A stretch of 51,700 nucleotides of DNA from assembly GCA_031411235.1 (NCBI GenBank), contig JANOAR010000298.1, positions 1 through 51,700 of the forward strand. Direction: 5' to 3'. The notes below the pieces were generated by a model. The model was not told where the DNA came from. It was given only the letters and a program-made list of their open reading frames with translations, and did not search any database. The DNA is from Verrucomicrobiota bacterium. GTDB taxonomy: Bacteria > Verrucomicrobiota > Verrucomicrobiia > Verrucomicrobiales > Verrucomicrobiaceae. Below are positions 35,702 through 45,900 of this stretch, piece by piece; positions within the stretch are counted from its first letter, which is position 1; each line of letters begins with the position of its first letter. Position numbers and translations under genes: made by a program.

Positions 35702-37075
35702 ATGTTTCGTGCCGTCATCCTCGCTCTCTGCCTTCTCCCTGTCCTCGCTCATGCTGAGGCCGTCTCCTTTTCCAAGCAGATCGCGCCGTTGCTCAAAGAC
35801 AAATGCGTGGAGTGCCATCGCGAGGGCAAGGCCAAGGGTGGCTATCGGCTTGATACTTTCGAGCGACTCGCCAAGCCCGGCGATAGCAAGGCCGCCGCGC
35901 TGACTCCTGGCAAACCCGATGCCAGCGACCTGTATGCCCGCCTCGTCACCGATGATGAAGACGACCGTATGCCTGCTAAGGGCGATGCGTTGGAGAAGGC
36001 CGAGATCGCGCTGGTGAAACGCTGGATCAGCGAAGGCGCACGTTATGATAATGCCAACCCCAAGGCATCGCTCGACGCTCTCGATGTTGCTCCCAAGGCC
36101 ACCGCTACGCCAGCCAAGTATCCCAAGCCCTTGCCCATCACCGCGCTCGCTGTCAGCGCCGATGGCAAGCGCATTGCGACGAGCGGCTACGGCGAAGTCT
36201 TGCTGTGGGACAGCACCACGCTGACGCTCGTGGGCCGCCTCCCTGGCTTGCCGTTGCGGGTGCTCGACATCGAGTGGATCGGCACTAGCCAGATGCTCGC
36301 CGTCGCGGGCGGTACACCGGGCCGCAGCGGCGAGGTCTGGCTTGCCGATGCTGCGACCCTGAAGCCGGTGAAACGCCTCGTCACCACGCTCGATAGCTGC
36401 CAGTGCCTCGCAGTGACTGCGGATGGGAAAATCCTCGCGGTGGGTGGCACGGACAATCATGTGCGAGCCATCGCTCTGCCCGAGGGCAAGGTGCTCTGGG
36501 ACATCGAAGCGCATTCGGATTGGGTGATGGCGCTGGCCTTTAGCCCTGATGGGAAACGCCTCGCCTCGGGTAGCCGCGACCGCACGGCGCGGCTCTTCGA
36601 TGTGGCCAAGGGCGAGATCGAAGCGACCTACACGAACCACGAAACGGCGGTGCTGGCGCTATGCTTCAGCGAGGATGGCAAGCGTGTTTTTTCAGGCTCA
36701 GCCGATGGCGAGATACGCCCCTGGAACCTGGAAGCGAAGAGCGACAAAAGCACCACCACGCGTCCTGGCCACGCAGCGGTGCTGGGCATCGTGCAGGGCC
36801 TGGGGCGGACGTTTGTCTCGCTGGCAGACACGGGTTTGATCGAAGAGGACGTGAAGGGAAAGAAGGTGCTGAGGAAGTTCGCAGGGCACACCGCGCAGGT
36901 GGATGCGATCGCGCTCATGGTGGTGACGCAGAGCGTGGCGAAGCCAGACGACAAGGCTGCGAAGCCCGTGCCGCAAGTCACGGCAACACTCGTCACCGGC
37001 AGCCACGACGGCGAGGTGCGGCTGTGGGATTTGCAGGCGAACCGCGAGCGCGGGAAGTTCGTGGCGGTGCCGTGA
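35702..37075 (+). CDS. Secreted c-type cytochrome-domain (PSCyt1-like, CxxCH) protein fused to WD40 beta-propeller repeats
   Basis: Signal peptide MFRAVILALCLLPVLAHA. FSKQIAPLLKDKCVECH haem-binding motif. Multiple WD-like repeats (GSRDRTARLFDV, GSADGEIRPWNL, GSHDGEVRLWDL). Confidence 0.8.
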   Translation: MFRAVILALCLLPVLAHAEAVSFSKQIAPLLKDKCVECHREGKAKGGYRLDTFERLAKPGDSKAAALTPGKPDASDLYARLVTDDEDDRMPAKGDALEKAEIALVKRWISEGARYDNANPKASLDALDVAPKATATPAKYPKPLPITALAVSADGKRIATSGYGEVLLWDSTTLTLVGRLPGLPLRVLDIEWIGTSQMLAVAGGTPGRSGEVWLADAATLKPVKRLVTTLDSCQCLAVTADGKILAVGGTDNHVRAIALPEGKVLWDIEAHSDWVMALAFSPDGKRLASGSRDRTARLFDVAKGEIEATYTNHETAVLALCFSEDGKRVFSGSADGEIRPWNLEAKSDKSTTTRPGHAAVLGIVQGLGRTFVSLADTGLIEEDVKGKKVLRKFAGHTAQVDAIALMVVTQSVAKPDDKAAKPVPQVTATLVTGSHDGEVRLWDLQANRERGKFVAVP

Positions 37076-37094
37076 GGCCTCTAAACCGTAACGG

Positions 37095-37400
37095 CTAAGC
37101 CTCGTCCAGCACCAGTCCGCGCACGGACTGGCGATTTAAAATAATGCCGGTGGCGACCATCGCCTTCCACGCGGCGAAATGCTCGCTGGCGTAGTGGGCC
37201 TCCACGGCATCCAGATCGCGATACAGCTCGGCGAGGGCAAAGACATTGGCTTGATCAAGCTTCTGCGACACCTCGAAGCGCAGGCAACCGCTCTCCTCGC
37301 GCGAGGCGGCGGCATTCGCCTGCACGGCGGTGAGAAATTCTGGCAAGCGGGCAGGATCGACTTCGAGGATAACGGTGATGGAAACCATGATGGCACCCAT
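37095..37400 (-). CDS. Antibiotic-biosynthesis-monooxygenase (ABM) domain protein
   Basis: About 100 aa, ferredoxin-like ABM pattern (ITVILEVDPARLPEFLTAV ... CLRFEVSQ ... LAELYRDLDAVEAHYASEHF). Confidence 0.7.
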   Translation of the reverse strand: MGAIMVSITVILEVDPARLPEFLTAVQANAAASREESGCLRFEVSQKLDQANVFALAELYRDLDAVEAHYASEHFAAWKAMVATGIILNRQSVRGLVLDEA

Positions 37401-37466
37401 TCACCGCAGAAACGTTAAAGTTGCAAGTCTGTGCTAGCGTATCCAACGCCCGCTCCCTTTACTGCT

Positions 37467-38636
37467 ATGCACTCCTCCATGCTCCACGCTTCTCGTTTCC
37501 TCGTCGTTCTCTCCTGTGCCGTACTGCCCGCGCTCGCTGTCGATACGCCTGCAAAGCCCGCCGCAGCGGCAGCAACGCCACCCGCCGCCGTCACACCTGC
37601 GAAGCCCGCTGCAACGCCTGTGCCCGCAGCAGTCACGCCTGCGAAGCCCGCCGCAACGCCTGCGCCAGTTGCAGCACCTGCCGCAGCGACCAAGCCTGTG
37701 CCCGCAGCGCCTGTTAAACCTGCGGCGGCTGTGGCAACAAAACCTACCGAACCCGCGAAGCCCGCCACACCGCCCGCGAAGCCAGTCGTGCCTCCAGCTA
37801 AACCTGCGACCCCTGCGGCAAAGCCCGCCATGCCCGCCGCCGTAGTGGCCAAGCCCGCACCGCCCGCACCCAAGCCCGTCGCCATTTTCCCCGATAAAAA
37901 CCTCGAAGCCGCCGTGCGTCGCCAAGTCTTCGCCAAGCGCGATGGCACCGAGCCCCTCTATGCCGCCGATGTGGAGAATGTCGCCATCATCGAAGGCCGT
38001 GGCATGGGCATCAAAGACCTCACGGGCCTAGAGAAGTGCGTGGCTCTCGCACAGATCACGCTGCCCAAAAACAGCATCACCAGCATCGCCCCACTGAAGG
38101 GCTTGGAGCGCTTGCAATTCATCGACCTTTCAGACAACCAAGTGCAGGACATCAGCGTGCTCAGCACCCTCAAGAGCCTGCAATTCATCGAGCTGACTCG
38201 CAACAAAGTGCAGGACGTCACGGCTCTTGGCGGCGTCATCGCCCTCAATTCCCTCTACCTTGCGCACAACCAAATCAAAGACCTCAGCCCCTTGTTCAAG
38301 CTGCCCAAGGTCTGGACTATCGACGCGGAAGGCAACCAAATCACTGCCATCACAGGTATCGGCGGCTTGAAGTGGCTCTCGATGCTCAATTTGAAAGGCA
38401 ACCAAGTCGCCGACATCACGCCGCTGGAGCCACTCGCAGAGCTTCAGCAACTCTTCCTGGATGGCAACAAAATCACCGACCTAGCGCCGCTCCATCGCAT
38501 GATGAAAAAGGACTTCGAGGGCACCCACGAGTGGGCACCCTACTGCAACGTGTACCTCGCGGGCAACGCCCTCAGCGATGCCTCGAAGAAGCTCGTCGAG
38601 GAGTTGGTCAAGCTCGGCGCACGCATCCAGCCGTAG
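37467..38636 (+). CDS. Secreted leucine-rich-repeat protein (internalin-like 22-residue LRRs) with an N-terminal Pro/Ala-rich repeat region
   Basis: Signal peptide MHSSMLHASRFLVVLSCAVLPALA. (T)PAKPAA repeats. At least 8 LRRs of the form LxxLxxLxLxxNxIxDIxxL (e.g. LERLQFIDLSDNQVQDISVLSTL). Confidence 0.8.
   Translation: MHSSMLHASRFLVVLSCAVLPALAVDTPAKPAAAAATPPAAVTPAKPAATPVPAAVTPAKPAATPAPVAAPAAATKPVPAAPVKPAAAVATKPTEPAKPATPPAKPVVPPAKPATPAAKPAMPAAVVAKPAPPAPKPVAIFPDKNLEAAVRRQVFAKRDGTEPLYAADVENVAIIEGRGMGIKDLTGLEKCVALAQITLPKNSITSIAPLKGLERLQFIDLSDNQVQDISVLSTLKSLQFIELTRNKVQDVTALGGVIALNSLYLAHNQIKDLSPLFKLPKVWTIDAEGNQITAITGIGGLKWLSMLNLKGNQVADITPLEPLAELQQLFLDGNKITDLAPLHRMMKKDFEGTHEWAPYCNVYLAGNALSDASKKLVEELVKLGARIQP
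37545..37870 (+). repeat. Imperfect tandem DNA repeats (~24-27-nt units, acgcctgcgaagcccgcYgcaacgcctgYgcc-like) encoding the PAKPAATP low-complexity region
   Basis: Direct reading of reiterated gcgaagcccgc and acacctgcgaagcc units within the LRR protein gene. Confidence 0.7.
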
Positions 38637-38648
38637 CGCTATCGCATC

Positions 38649-39494
38649 ATGTCCTTCGACTTCCTCCACGAATCCTTCGCCCAGCGTGCCCTGCTCGCCT
38701 GCGTGCTCATCGGCTTTGCCAATGGCTTCGTTAGTGGCTTCGTCGTGCTGCGCAAAAGCGCTTTGCAGATCGGCACCTTATCGCACTCGCTCTTCCCCGG
38801 CATCGCCCTCTGCGTCCTGCTTTTTGGCCTGCATGACTGGAGCGTGCTGGTTGGTTCAGTGTTCGCGGCGCTCATCGTGGGCCTCGGCTCGCTGCTCGTC
38901 GCACGCACCTCGCGCGTGGATCGCGACACGGCGATGGGCGTGCTCTACACCACGGCCTTCGCCATTGGCATCATCATCATCAGGAACATGGGCATGAGCC
39001 AGAAGCTCGATGAATGGATCTTCGGCAGCATCGTCGGCATGGCCGATGCCGACCTATGGATCGCCTTCGGCATCAGCCTGCTCGCCGTGCTGCTGCTCAC
39101 CGCCTTGCAGCGCCCGCTGCTCATTTATTTGTTCGAGCCCAACGTCGCCGCGAGCCTCGGCGTGCCGGTGAAATTCCTCAACTACGCGCTCTTCAGCATC
39201 GTCATCCTGGTGCTCGTGTCGTCCCTGCAAGCCGTGGGGTGCATCCTCAGCGTCGGCCTGCTGGTGGCCCCAGCGGCCACCGTTTACCTGCTCACCGACA
39301 ACGCCAAAACCCTCTTCTGGGGCGGTGGTTTGATTGGTGCCCTGGGCAGCGTCTTGGCTTTCTTCCTGGCCTACCCGTTAGGCTGGAACATCAGCTCGTC
39401 GATCATCGTCGTGCTGGGCTCGCTGTTCCTGCTCGCCTACATCTTCAGCCCCCGCTACGGCGTGCTCGCCTATGTGCTGCGGCGCACGGCGTGA
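38649..39494 (+). CDS. ABC-3 family metal (Zn/Mn) ABC transporter permease (ZnuB/MntB-like)
   Basis: 281 aa with 8-9 TM helices and a conserved ABC-3 N-terminus (MSFDFLHESFAQRALLACVLIGFANGFVSGFVVLRK). No cognate ATPase or substrate-binding protein gene is adjacent. Confidence 0.8.
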   Translation: MSFDFLHESFAQRALLACVLIGFANGFVSGFVVLRKSALQIGTLSHSLFPGIALCVLLFGLHDWSVLVGSVFAALIVGLGSLLVARTSRVDRDTAMGVLYTTAFAIGIIIIRNMGMSQKLDEWIFGSIVGMADADLWIAFGISLLAVLLLTALQRPLLIYLFEPNVAASLGVPVKFLNYALFSIVILVLVSSLQAVGCILSVGLLVAPAATVYLLTDNAKTLFWGGGLIGALGSVLAFFLAYPLGWNISSSIIVVLGSLFLLAYIFSPRYGVLAYVLRRTA

Positions 39495-39508
39495 GTTGGC
39501 ATTCATGC

Positions 39509-39679
39509 TTAGCAGGCTGGCTCGATGTCACGAGCAGAGAGGGTAACGAGGCAGGGGCGGGTGCGCCCAGCGAGGAATTCCACTTCGTAGGCGCTGCCAC
39601 CTTCATAGACATGCACCACGGCTCCTTCGGCTCCGAGCTTGAGTTTCTCCGCAGGGATGGCCCGGCGCAGGCGCACCAT
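39509..39679 (-). CDS. DUF4926-like small protein (56 aa)
   Basis: MVRLRRAIPAEKLKLGAEGAVVHVYEGGSAYEVEFLAGRTRPCLVTLSARDIEP resembles the DUF4926 pattern (…G..G.VV..Y..G.AYEVEF…G.T…L.L…D.). Confidence 0.5.
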   Translation of the reverse strand: MVRLRRAIPAEKLKLGAEGAVVHVYEGGSAYEVEFLAGRTRPCLVTLSARDIEPAC

Positions 39680-39746
39680 GCTATGCTCCAGGATGATTCC
39701 CGGAGAAGGCGGTGGTGCAAGGGTGGCTGGCATAGTGATGGCAATA

Positions 39747-40319
39747 CTAGCGATGAAGAGTGGTCGGTTTGAAGAAACCAAGGATACACTTTGGATTGCG
39801 CACACAGACCTGGACGTGATCGAGGCTGCGGAGTCCGGCAGTGGGATAGACGGGATGGCCTTCATTGAAGAAGCCTCGCACGGTATCGAAGGTGGATTCG
39901 CCTGCTGCGGTGCGGAGTTCATGCAGGTGGTTCATTACGGCGCAATCGAGGAAGCGGGCTTTTGATTCTGGGCCTTTGTTGCTGGTTGGTTTGATGCCCG
40001 CGAGGGAGCACCATTGGAGATAGACTTCATAGGCTCTGGTGACATGCGCGGCGCTTTCCGGGTCGGCGAGGTCGAGGCAATGGCCGAGGGTGATGATCGC
40101 GCCGATGACTGTGGGTTTCTTGATCTTGGATCCCGGTATCTTGGCCGTCTCTTTGGCCCATTGCATGGCTCTGGCCTCGCTACGTTCCCAAAAGTAGATG
40201 CCATGGCCGAGCCAGTCCCAGGGATTGGTGCTAGGGCGTAGATGTCCGCCATCGAAGAGCATCCGCGCGACGCTTTCATCGCAGCCGTGATAGCCGAAGA
40301 TGATCTGAGGTGGGAGCAT
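39747..40319 (-). CDS. Minimal PARP-like (H-Y-E type) ADP-ribosyltransferase-fold protein, 190 aa
   Basis: FGYHGCDESVARMLFDGG (H of the HG[ST] motif). GHGIYFWERS (Tyr of GIYF[AW]). GFFNEGHPVY (Glu analogous to the PARP NEYIVY motif). The region is lower in GC than the flanks. The start overlaps the stop of the upstream small ORF by 1 nt. Confidence 0.55.
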   Translation of the reverse strand: MLPPQIIFGYHGCDESVARMLFDGGHLRPSTNPWDWLGHGIYFWERSEARAMQWAKETAKIPGSKIKKPTVIGAIITLGHCLDLADPESAAHVTRAYEVYLQWCSLAGIKPTSNKGPESKARFLDCAVMNHLHELRTAAGESTFDTVRGFFNEGHPVYPTAGLRSLDHVQVCVRNPKCILGFFKPTTLHR

Positions 40320-40630
40320 CAGCGGAACTGTTTTTTGACCTTGCCTGTCTTTGGATCATGCATGCCAGTCGCGGCCAGCATTTTCAGCGCGGTATCACGG
40401 TCTTTGGGCATCTGAGCAACAGCTCGATTGATGGCCGCGAGATCCTTCTTGTAATCAATAGTGGGGTAGATCGGGCCAGTATGGAAGTTGATGTGCATAG
40501 TGTGATGGTAGCGGTTTGGACTGTAATGCACAACCATTATGCTGGCCTGAGAAGCAAGCTGAAAGCTGGAGGATGGACAGAAACCTTCGCTTTGCCCATG
40601 ATCTTGCATGGTCTGGAGCGCCTCTGCCAC
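40319..40630 (-). CDS. Small hypothetical protein, first gene of the low-GC islet (start uncertain: Met at 40630, 40537 or ~40492)
   Basis: The ORF is translationally coupled (1-nt overlap) to the PARP-like gene. Lys-rich C-terminus (DPKTGKVKKQFR). No recognisable family. Confidence 0.4.
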   Translation of the reverse strand: MAEALQTMQDHGQSEGFCPSSSFQLASQASIMVVHYSPNRYHHTMHINFHTGPIYPTIDYKKDLAAINRAVAQMPKDRDTALKMLAATGMHDPKTGKVKKQFR

Positions 40631-40876
40631 TAGCTGGGGCTGAGCAGGGAAGTTGGCTTGAGCTGCGGGCGCTTGGCATCGCTATCAAAGAAGAGAAGGT
40701 CTGGGAGTTCATCAGCTTGGCGCTTGTCTCTCTGCACGACGACACGGAGCAGATGCGCTCTTGGCCATTGCATCACATGCCGAACTGGGCGTTGGGGCAG
40801 GCAGAGAGCTAACCCGCTTTTTCTCAAATGTTGCTTCTGAAAAAGAGAGCGAGGGAGTCTCGCCTGCCGCTCCTCT

Positions 40877-42889
40877 TTAAGGCACTGCCTTCTGCGCACC
40901 TCGATAATGGTAAACGGCGAGCGTGTGAATCTCCTGCTCGGCCCATAGCGTGGCTTTTAATTGGAAGAGTTTTTCATCCGCGAGTAGCGCCATGACTTCG
41001 GGGCAGATGCCTTTGCTCAGGTCGCGCTGGCCGACGGTGAAGTAGAGTTCGCCGTGCTCGGCATCGACCTTGGCCATCAGCTCGCGCAGCGTTGCGCCGT
41101 CGCGCACATGGCCGTCGCTGCGGGGATCATAGAGGTGGATGTAGCGCCACAGGTAGCGCGTATAGACCTTCGATGGGCCAGTGAAACCCAGGGGCTCGTG
41201 CTGCCCACGCGTGAGCTGCCAGGCATTGCGATGACTCTCATAGGGCTGCGTTTCCATCAGCCGAGTGTGTGGCCATGAGGTCACAGCGGAGAGGGCTGGG
41301 AGGGCCACGACCACGGCTAGGCAAAACAGCGCCACGGGCCGCGTGGCCCCAGCAGATAGGCCACGCACGATGAGGGCATCCAGCGCATAGGCTTTAAATA
41401 TGGCCAACGGCAGCACCACGTAGAAGGAGTACCAGTAGATCCATTCGGCATTGAACAGGTACTTGAAACACAGCGCCGCGATGATGACGGACAGCGCTAC
41501 ACTCGTCCACAGCAGCCCATCCAACCGCCGCCGCAGGCAAAGCAATACGCAGCCTGTGAGCAGCAGTGCCACCTCGGCAGCGAGGCCCAGGCCTGCTATG
41601 CCGGGCTGCTTGGCGATGGCTTCATTGAGCACGGTCTCGGTGGGGTTTTCGCGGTCATCGCGTTCCCATGGCATCCCCATTACCACACCGCTGAGGCTGT
41701 TGTGCAGCCAGTGCGCATCCATCGGCTTGCCGATCAGTTGCACCAGTTTGGCCTTGGCATCCTTGATCTGCAAAGCACACGGAGTGGTGAGAAAGATGAA
41801 CAGCGCCCCGGCCATGACATTGACCGCGAGTAGCCGCGCGATGCTCGTCCAGCGCTCACGCTTCGTTGCTGGCGTACCCGATTCCATGTCACGCATTCCG
41901 TTGCTCCAGAGCAGCCAGGCACCGAGGGCGACGTTCAATGCTGCGAGCGGGTACATGACGCCCTTCCACGAGTACATGCAGAGGAACTCCAGCACGCCGA
42001 AAGCAATCCACCATCGCCAGCGCCCGGTGCGCAGGGCGAGCAGCGCTGCCCACACCAGCAAAATCAGGCAGCAGAACATGATCGAGTAGCCGCGTGCCTC
42101 GGTGCTGTAGCGAATGTGCCAGGAGTGCAGCGACAGCAGCACCGCCACGATGACACCCACGCGTGCGCTACCCAGCCAACGGAAAAAACACGCGATAATG
42201 ACCAGCGAAGCCATGCCAAAAGCGAAGGCGGGCAAGCGCGAGATCACCTCGTCGAACACTGGCTCTGGCAGACCCTTCATCGCACGCCAGGCATCGAGAG
42301 TCAGCCGCTGGAGAATGCTGAACGCATAGTGATTGCCCGCCGTGTGATCATCAAAAAACACCCGCAGCCAAGGCACCTGCATGAACTTCAATTCCCCTTG
42401 CATGTCCTTCCCCTGCACGGGCCAGTACTCGCCATGCACATACTCGCGCAGTGCCCAGCCTTCGTCGCCCCAGTAGGAGTGGCTCATGCGCGGCCAGCGT
42501 AGGATGCCCGCCGCGATGACGATGAGCAGCAGCACGGGCCAAAACCAACGCCCCGTGCGTGTGCCTAGCTGCCAGCGCGTCTCACAAACCCCACCGCCCA
42601 GCCGTCCCCACCAGCGCACCGTCAGCAGCACGAGGGCGCTCAGCGCGAGGTAAACGAATCCGCCGTAGTACAGGCCGAGCGCGAGGTAGTCGCGAAATGG
42701 CTGCGGCTTGCCGGTGGCGATGCGTGCGGCCCAGCGCTCGTCCGAGGGCACCTTCAGCTCGCGCAACAAAATGATGAGGCCAACGATGACGAGTGCATGG
42801 AAAAGCCATAGCCCACGCACGGCGTGAGTGGGGCCGGGGAGCTTGTGCCAAAGGCGGGCGAGAAGCGAAGGAGCGGGAGAATCGGACAT
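40877..42889 (-). CDS. GT-C-fold integral membrane glycosyltransferase-like protein (ArnT/PMT-like, 670 aa)
   Basis: More than 10 predicted TM helices. The first extracytoplasmic loop carries a DE motif (SYWGDEGWALREY). Large C-terminal soluble domain. Confidence 0.55.
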   Translation of the reverse strand: MSDSPAPSLLARLWHKLPGPTHAVRGLWLFHALVIVGLIILLRELKVPSDERWAARIATGKPQPFRDYLALGLYYGGFVYLALSALVLLTVRWWGRLGGGVCETRWQLGTRTGRWFWPVLLLIVIAAGILRWPRMSHSYWGDEGWALREYVHGEYWPVQGKDMQGELKFMQVPWLRVFFDDHTAGNHYAFSILQRLTLDAWRAMKGLPEPVFDEVISRLPAFAFGMASLVIIACFFRWLGSARVGVIVAVLLSLHSWHIRYSTEARGYSIMFCCLILLVWAALLALRTGRWRWWIAFGVLEFLCMYSWKGVMYPLAALNVALGAWLLWSNGMRDMESGTPATKRERWTSIARLLAVNVMAGALFIFLTTPCALQIKDAKAKLVQLIGKPMDAHWLHNSLSGVVMGMPWERDDRENPTETVLNEAIAKQPGIAGLGLAAEVALLLTGCVLLCLRRRLDGLLWTSVALSVIIAALCFKYLFNAEWIYWYSFYVVLPLAIFKAYALDALIVRGLSAGATRPVALFCLAVVVALPALSAVTSWPHTRLMETQPYESHRNAWQLTRGQHEPLGFTGPSKVYTRYLWRYIHLYDPRSDGHVRDGATLRELMAKVDAEHGELYFTVGQRDLSKGICPEVMALLADEKLFQLKATLWAEQEIHTLAVYHYRGAQKAVP

Positions 42890-42981
42890 GCGGGAGAGGG
42901 CCGCAATTCTGCCATGTATGGCAAGCGCCTGCCCACTGATTTCGGCGACGGCTCTCCCCTATTGTTGAGGTCGTCGTTGGG

Positions 42982-45900
42982 TCATTGCCGCGTCACCACT
43001 TCATCTAGGTTCAGAAGCACATTCGCTGTCATCGCATAGGCAGCTAGCTCTGCGGCTGCGCCTTTCGCTAGGGTTGCACCAACCAGCTTGGCAGCCTCAG
43101 CGGGATAGGTTTGATAAAAGGCCAGTCGCTTGGCCAACCCTGCCGTTAGCACGCTCAACTCCGCCTCTACCACAGGCCGTGAGGCCACGCGCTGCATCGC
43201 CCAGGCGATGCGTTGCTGGGGTGTGCTGCCGCCGTGGGCCAGCATCTGCGCGGCCAGCGCACGCGCCGCGTCGATGTAGGTCGTCTCATTGAGCAGGGCG
43301 AGGGCTTGCAGTGGGGTGTTGGTGCGCGAGCGCTTCACCGTGCATATCTCGCGTGTGGGGGAATCGAAGAGCAGCATCGTCGGCGGTGCCGCTGTGCGCT
43401 TCCAGATGGTGTAGAGCGTGCGGCGATACAGCCCCTCGCCCGTGTCGGCCTTGTAGCCGCGCAGGTCGCCATACTTGCTCGTCTCGTCCCACACACCTTC
43501 CGGCATAAAGGGCCGCACACTGGGGCCGCCCAGCTTTGGCACGAGTAGGCCAGAGACTGCGAGTGCTTGGTCGCGCATCAACTCGCCCGACAGGCGGAAG
43601 CGCGGGCCACGGGCGAGCAAGCGGTTGTCGGGATCGCGCTCCAGCAGCGCCTTTGAAACCGTAGATGATTGGCGGTAGGCGCGACTCATGACGATCTGCT
43701 TTTGTATCGCCTTCATATCCCAGCCCGTGCGCACGAACTCGGTGGCGAGCCAGTCGAGCAGTTCCGGGTGCGTGGGGTACTCGGCCTGCATCCCGAAGTT
43801 CTCCACCGTCTTGACGATGCCTGTGCCATAGAATTTCTCCCACTGCCGATTCACCCACACACGAGCCGTCAGCGGGTGCTCGCCGCTGACCATCCAGCGG
43901 GCGAGGCCGAGGCGATTCATCGGCTGGCCTGCGGGCATGGCGGGTAGCGACGCGGGCAAGGCGGCAGTCACTTTGCCAGCGGGCTTGTCATACTCGCCGC
44001 GCGTGAGGATGAAGGCGTCGCGCGGCTGGGGAAGCTCGGCCATGACCATGACGGTGGGTAGCGTCTTTTTGAAGGCCTCGACGGCTGCCTTGGCAGCGGC
44101 GTGGGCATCGTCGGCACGCTTCACAGGGCTGTCGATGGTGCTGCGGTAGGCAGCAGCGAGGTCGGCATTTTGCTTGGCACTGCGCTTGTCTTGAGGCGTT
44201 TTTAAAATGGCATCGACAGCCGCCAAGGCGTTGCCGCCAACAAGCTTCAGCGCGCTGGGGGCCAGCGATGAACTGCTGAGGCGGAAGCGCCCGATGTTGT
44301 GATTCGGAAAGGAGCCGTGCGTCAACTTCACCACCACGACGGAGCCCTGTGGCACGGGCGTGGCAGCGGCGAGGAGGAACATCGCGTCGGTCTTGTCGCG
44401 GCGCGTGTTGCCGTCAATGGCCCAGCCTTCGCGGCCCTTGGCTTTGGCCTTTGCCAGCGACGCGATCTCGTAGCCCTTTTGCGAATAGGTGGCGGTGGCT
44501 TGGGTCACTTTCAAAGGCTTGTCCTTGCCTGCGGCATCGCGAATGGCCACCTCCACACCTGTGAGCACGAAGTTGCCATTGTGTGCTCGGCCCAGGCTTT
44601 GATTGGCCATGCTGGCATCAGGCAGGCATTCGAGCAGCACGGCGCTGAGGCTGCCGCCCTGCACGGGCGACACGATCTCATAGGTGTCGGTGGGCGGATT
44701 GGGGCCGCTGGCGAGGTAGCTGGCATCGGGCTGCCGGGTGAGCGTGGCCCCGTTGATCGACTTGGCGCTCACGGGTTGCAGCAGATTCCACATGGCAGGC
44801 AGGGCAGTGGTTCCACTGGCATAACTTTGCTCCCAGGCAGCTACGAGTTGGGGCAGTTGCTTGGCGGCTTCTGTGGCAGCAGTGGCGGTGCTGGCCACCG
44901 CTGTATCCAGCTCGGTGAGTTTGGCGGTTTGCTCGGCATTGGGCACGTCGATGGCGGGCTCCATGTTGCCGCCGCTGCGATTGCCTGGGCCTTGGATGGT
45001 GCCGCTCTCGGGCACGTTGTTGAAGAAGGCGAATATGGCATAAAAATCCTTCTGGGAGATGGGATCAAACTTATGGTCATGGCAACGGCAGCAGTTGAAA
45101 GTGAGCGCCATCCAAGTCATGCCCGTGGTCTCGACGCGGTCGATGATGTTCTCGATACGCCACTCCTCAGCGATCAGTCCGCCTTCGCCGTTGAGCCTGT
45201 GGTTGCGATTGAAGCCCGTGGCGATCACTTGGTCGCGGGTGGCATTAGGCAGGAGATCGCCCGCGAGCTGCTCGATGGTGAAAGCATCGAATCCCTTGTT
45301 GCTATTGAAGGCCTCAATGACCCAGTCGCGCCACGGCCATTGGCTACGGCTGCTATCCGTCTGGAAGCCGTGGCTGTCGGCAAAACGCGCATAGTCGAGC
45401 CACTGCATGGCCATTTTTTCACCGTAATGGGGGGAGCGCAGGAGTCGGTCGATAGTGTTGGAAAGCACGGAGTCGGGGATGGTGGATCTCGGATTAGCCG
45501 ATGCGGCGCGACACTGAGCCGCGAAGGCTGCTGTCTCTTCAGGCGTGGGCGGCAGGCCGATGAGATCGAGCGAGAGACGACGCAGCAGTGCCTCGGGCGT
45601 GGCTTCCTGGCTGAAGCTCAGCCCTTCCTTGGCGAGTCGTTGGGCGATGAAGGCGTCGATGGGACTACCGGTTTTTCCCGGCACTTCGGGCCGCTTTGGT
45701 GCCAGGAAGGCCCAGTGCCCGGCATACTCCGCGCCCTCGCTGATCCATTGCTTGAGCACGGCTTTTTCACTCGCGCTGAGGTCTTTGTGCAGCTTGGCAG
45801 GTGGCATCACGTCGTCATCGGCGGCCGTGAGCATGACGCGTTTGATCAGTTCGCTGGCCTCGGGTTTGCCCGGCACGATGGCCACCTCGCCGGACTTGGC

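Noticed and set aside
40310-40633. 107-aa plus-strand ORF overlapping the first gene of the low-GC islet
   Set aside because: The minus-strand ORF is translationally coupled (1-nt overlap) to the PARP-like gene and has a more protein-like composition. This remains a moderate-confidence choice.
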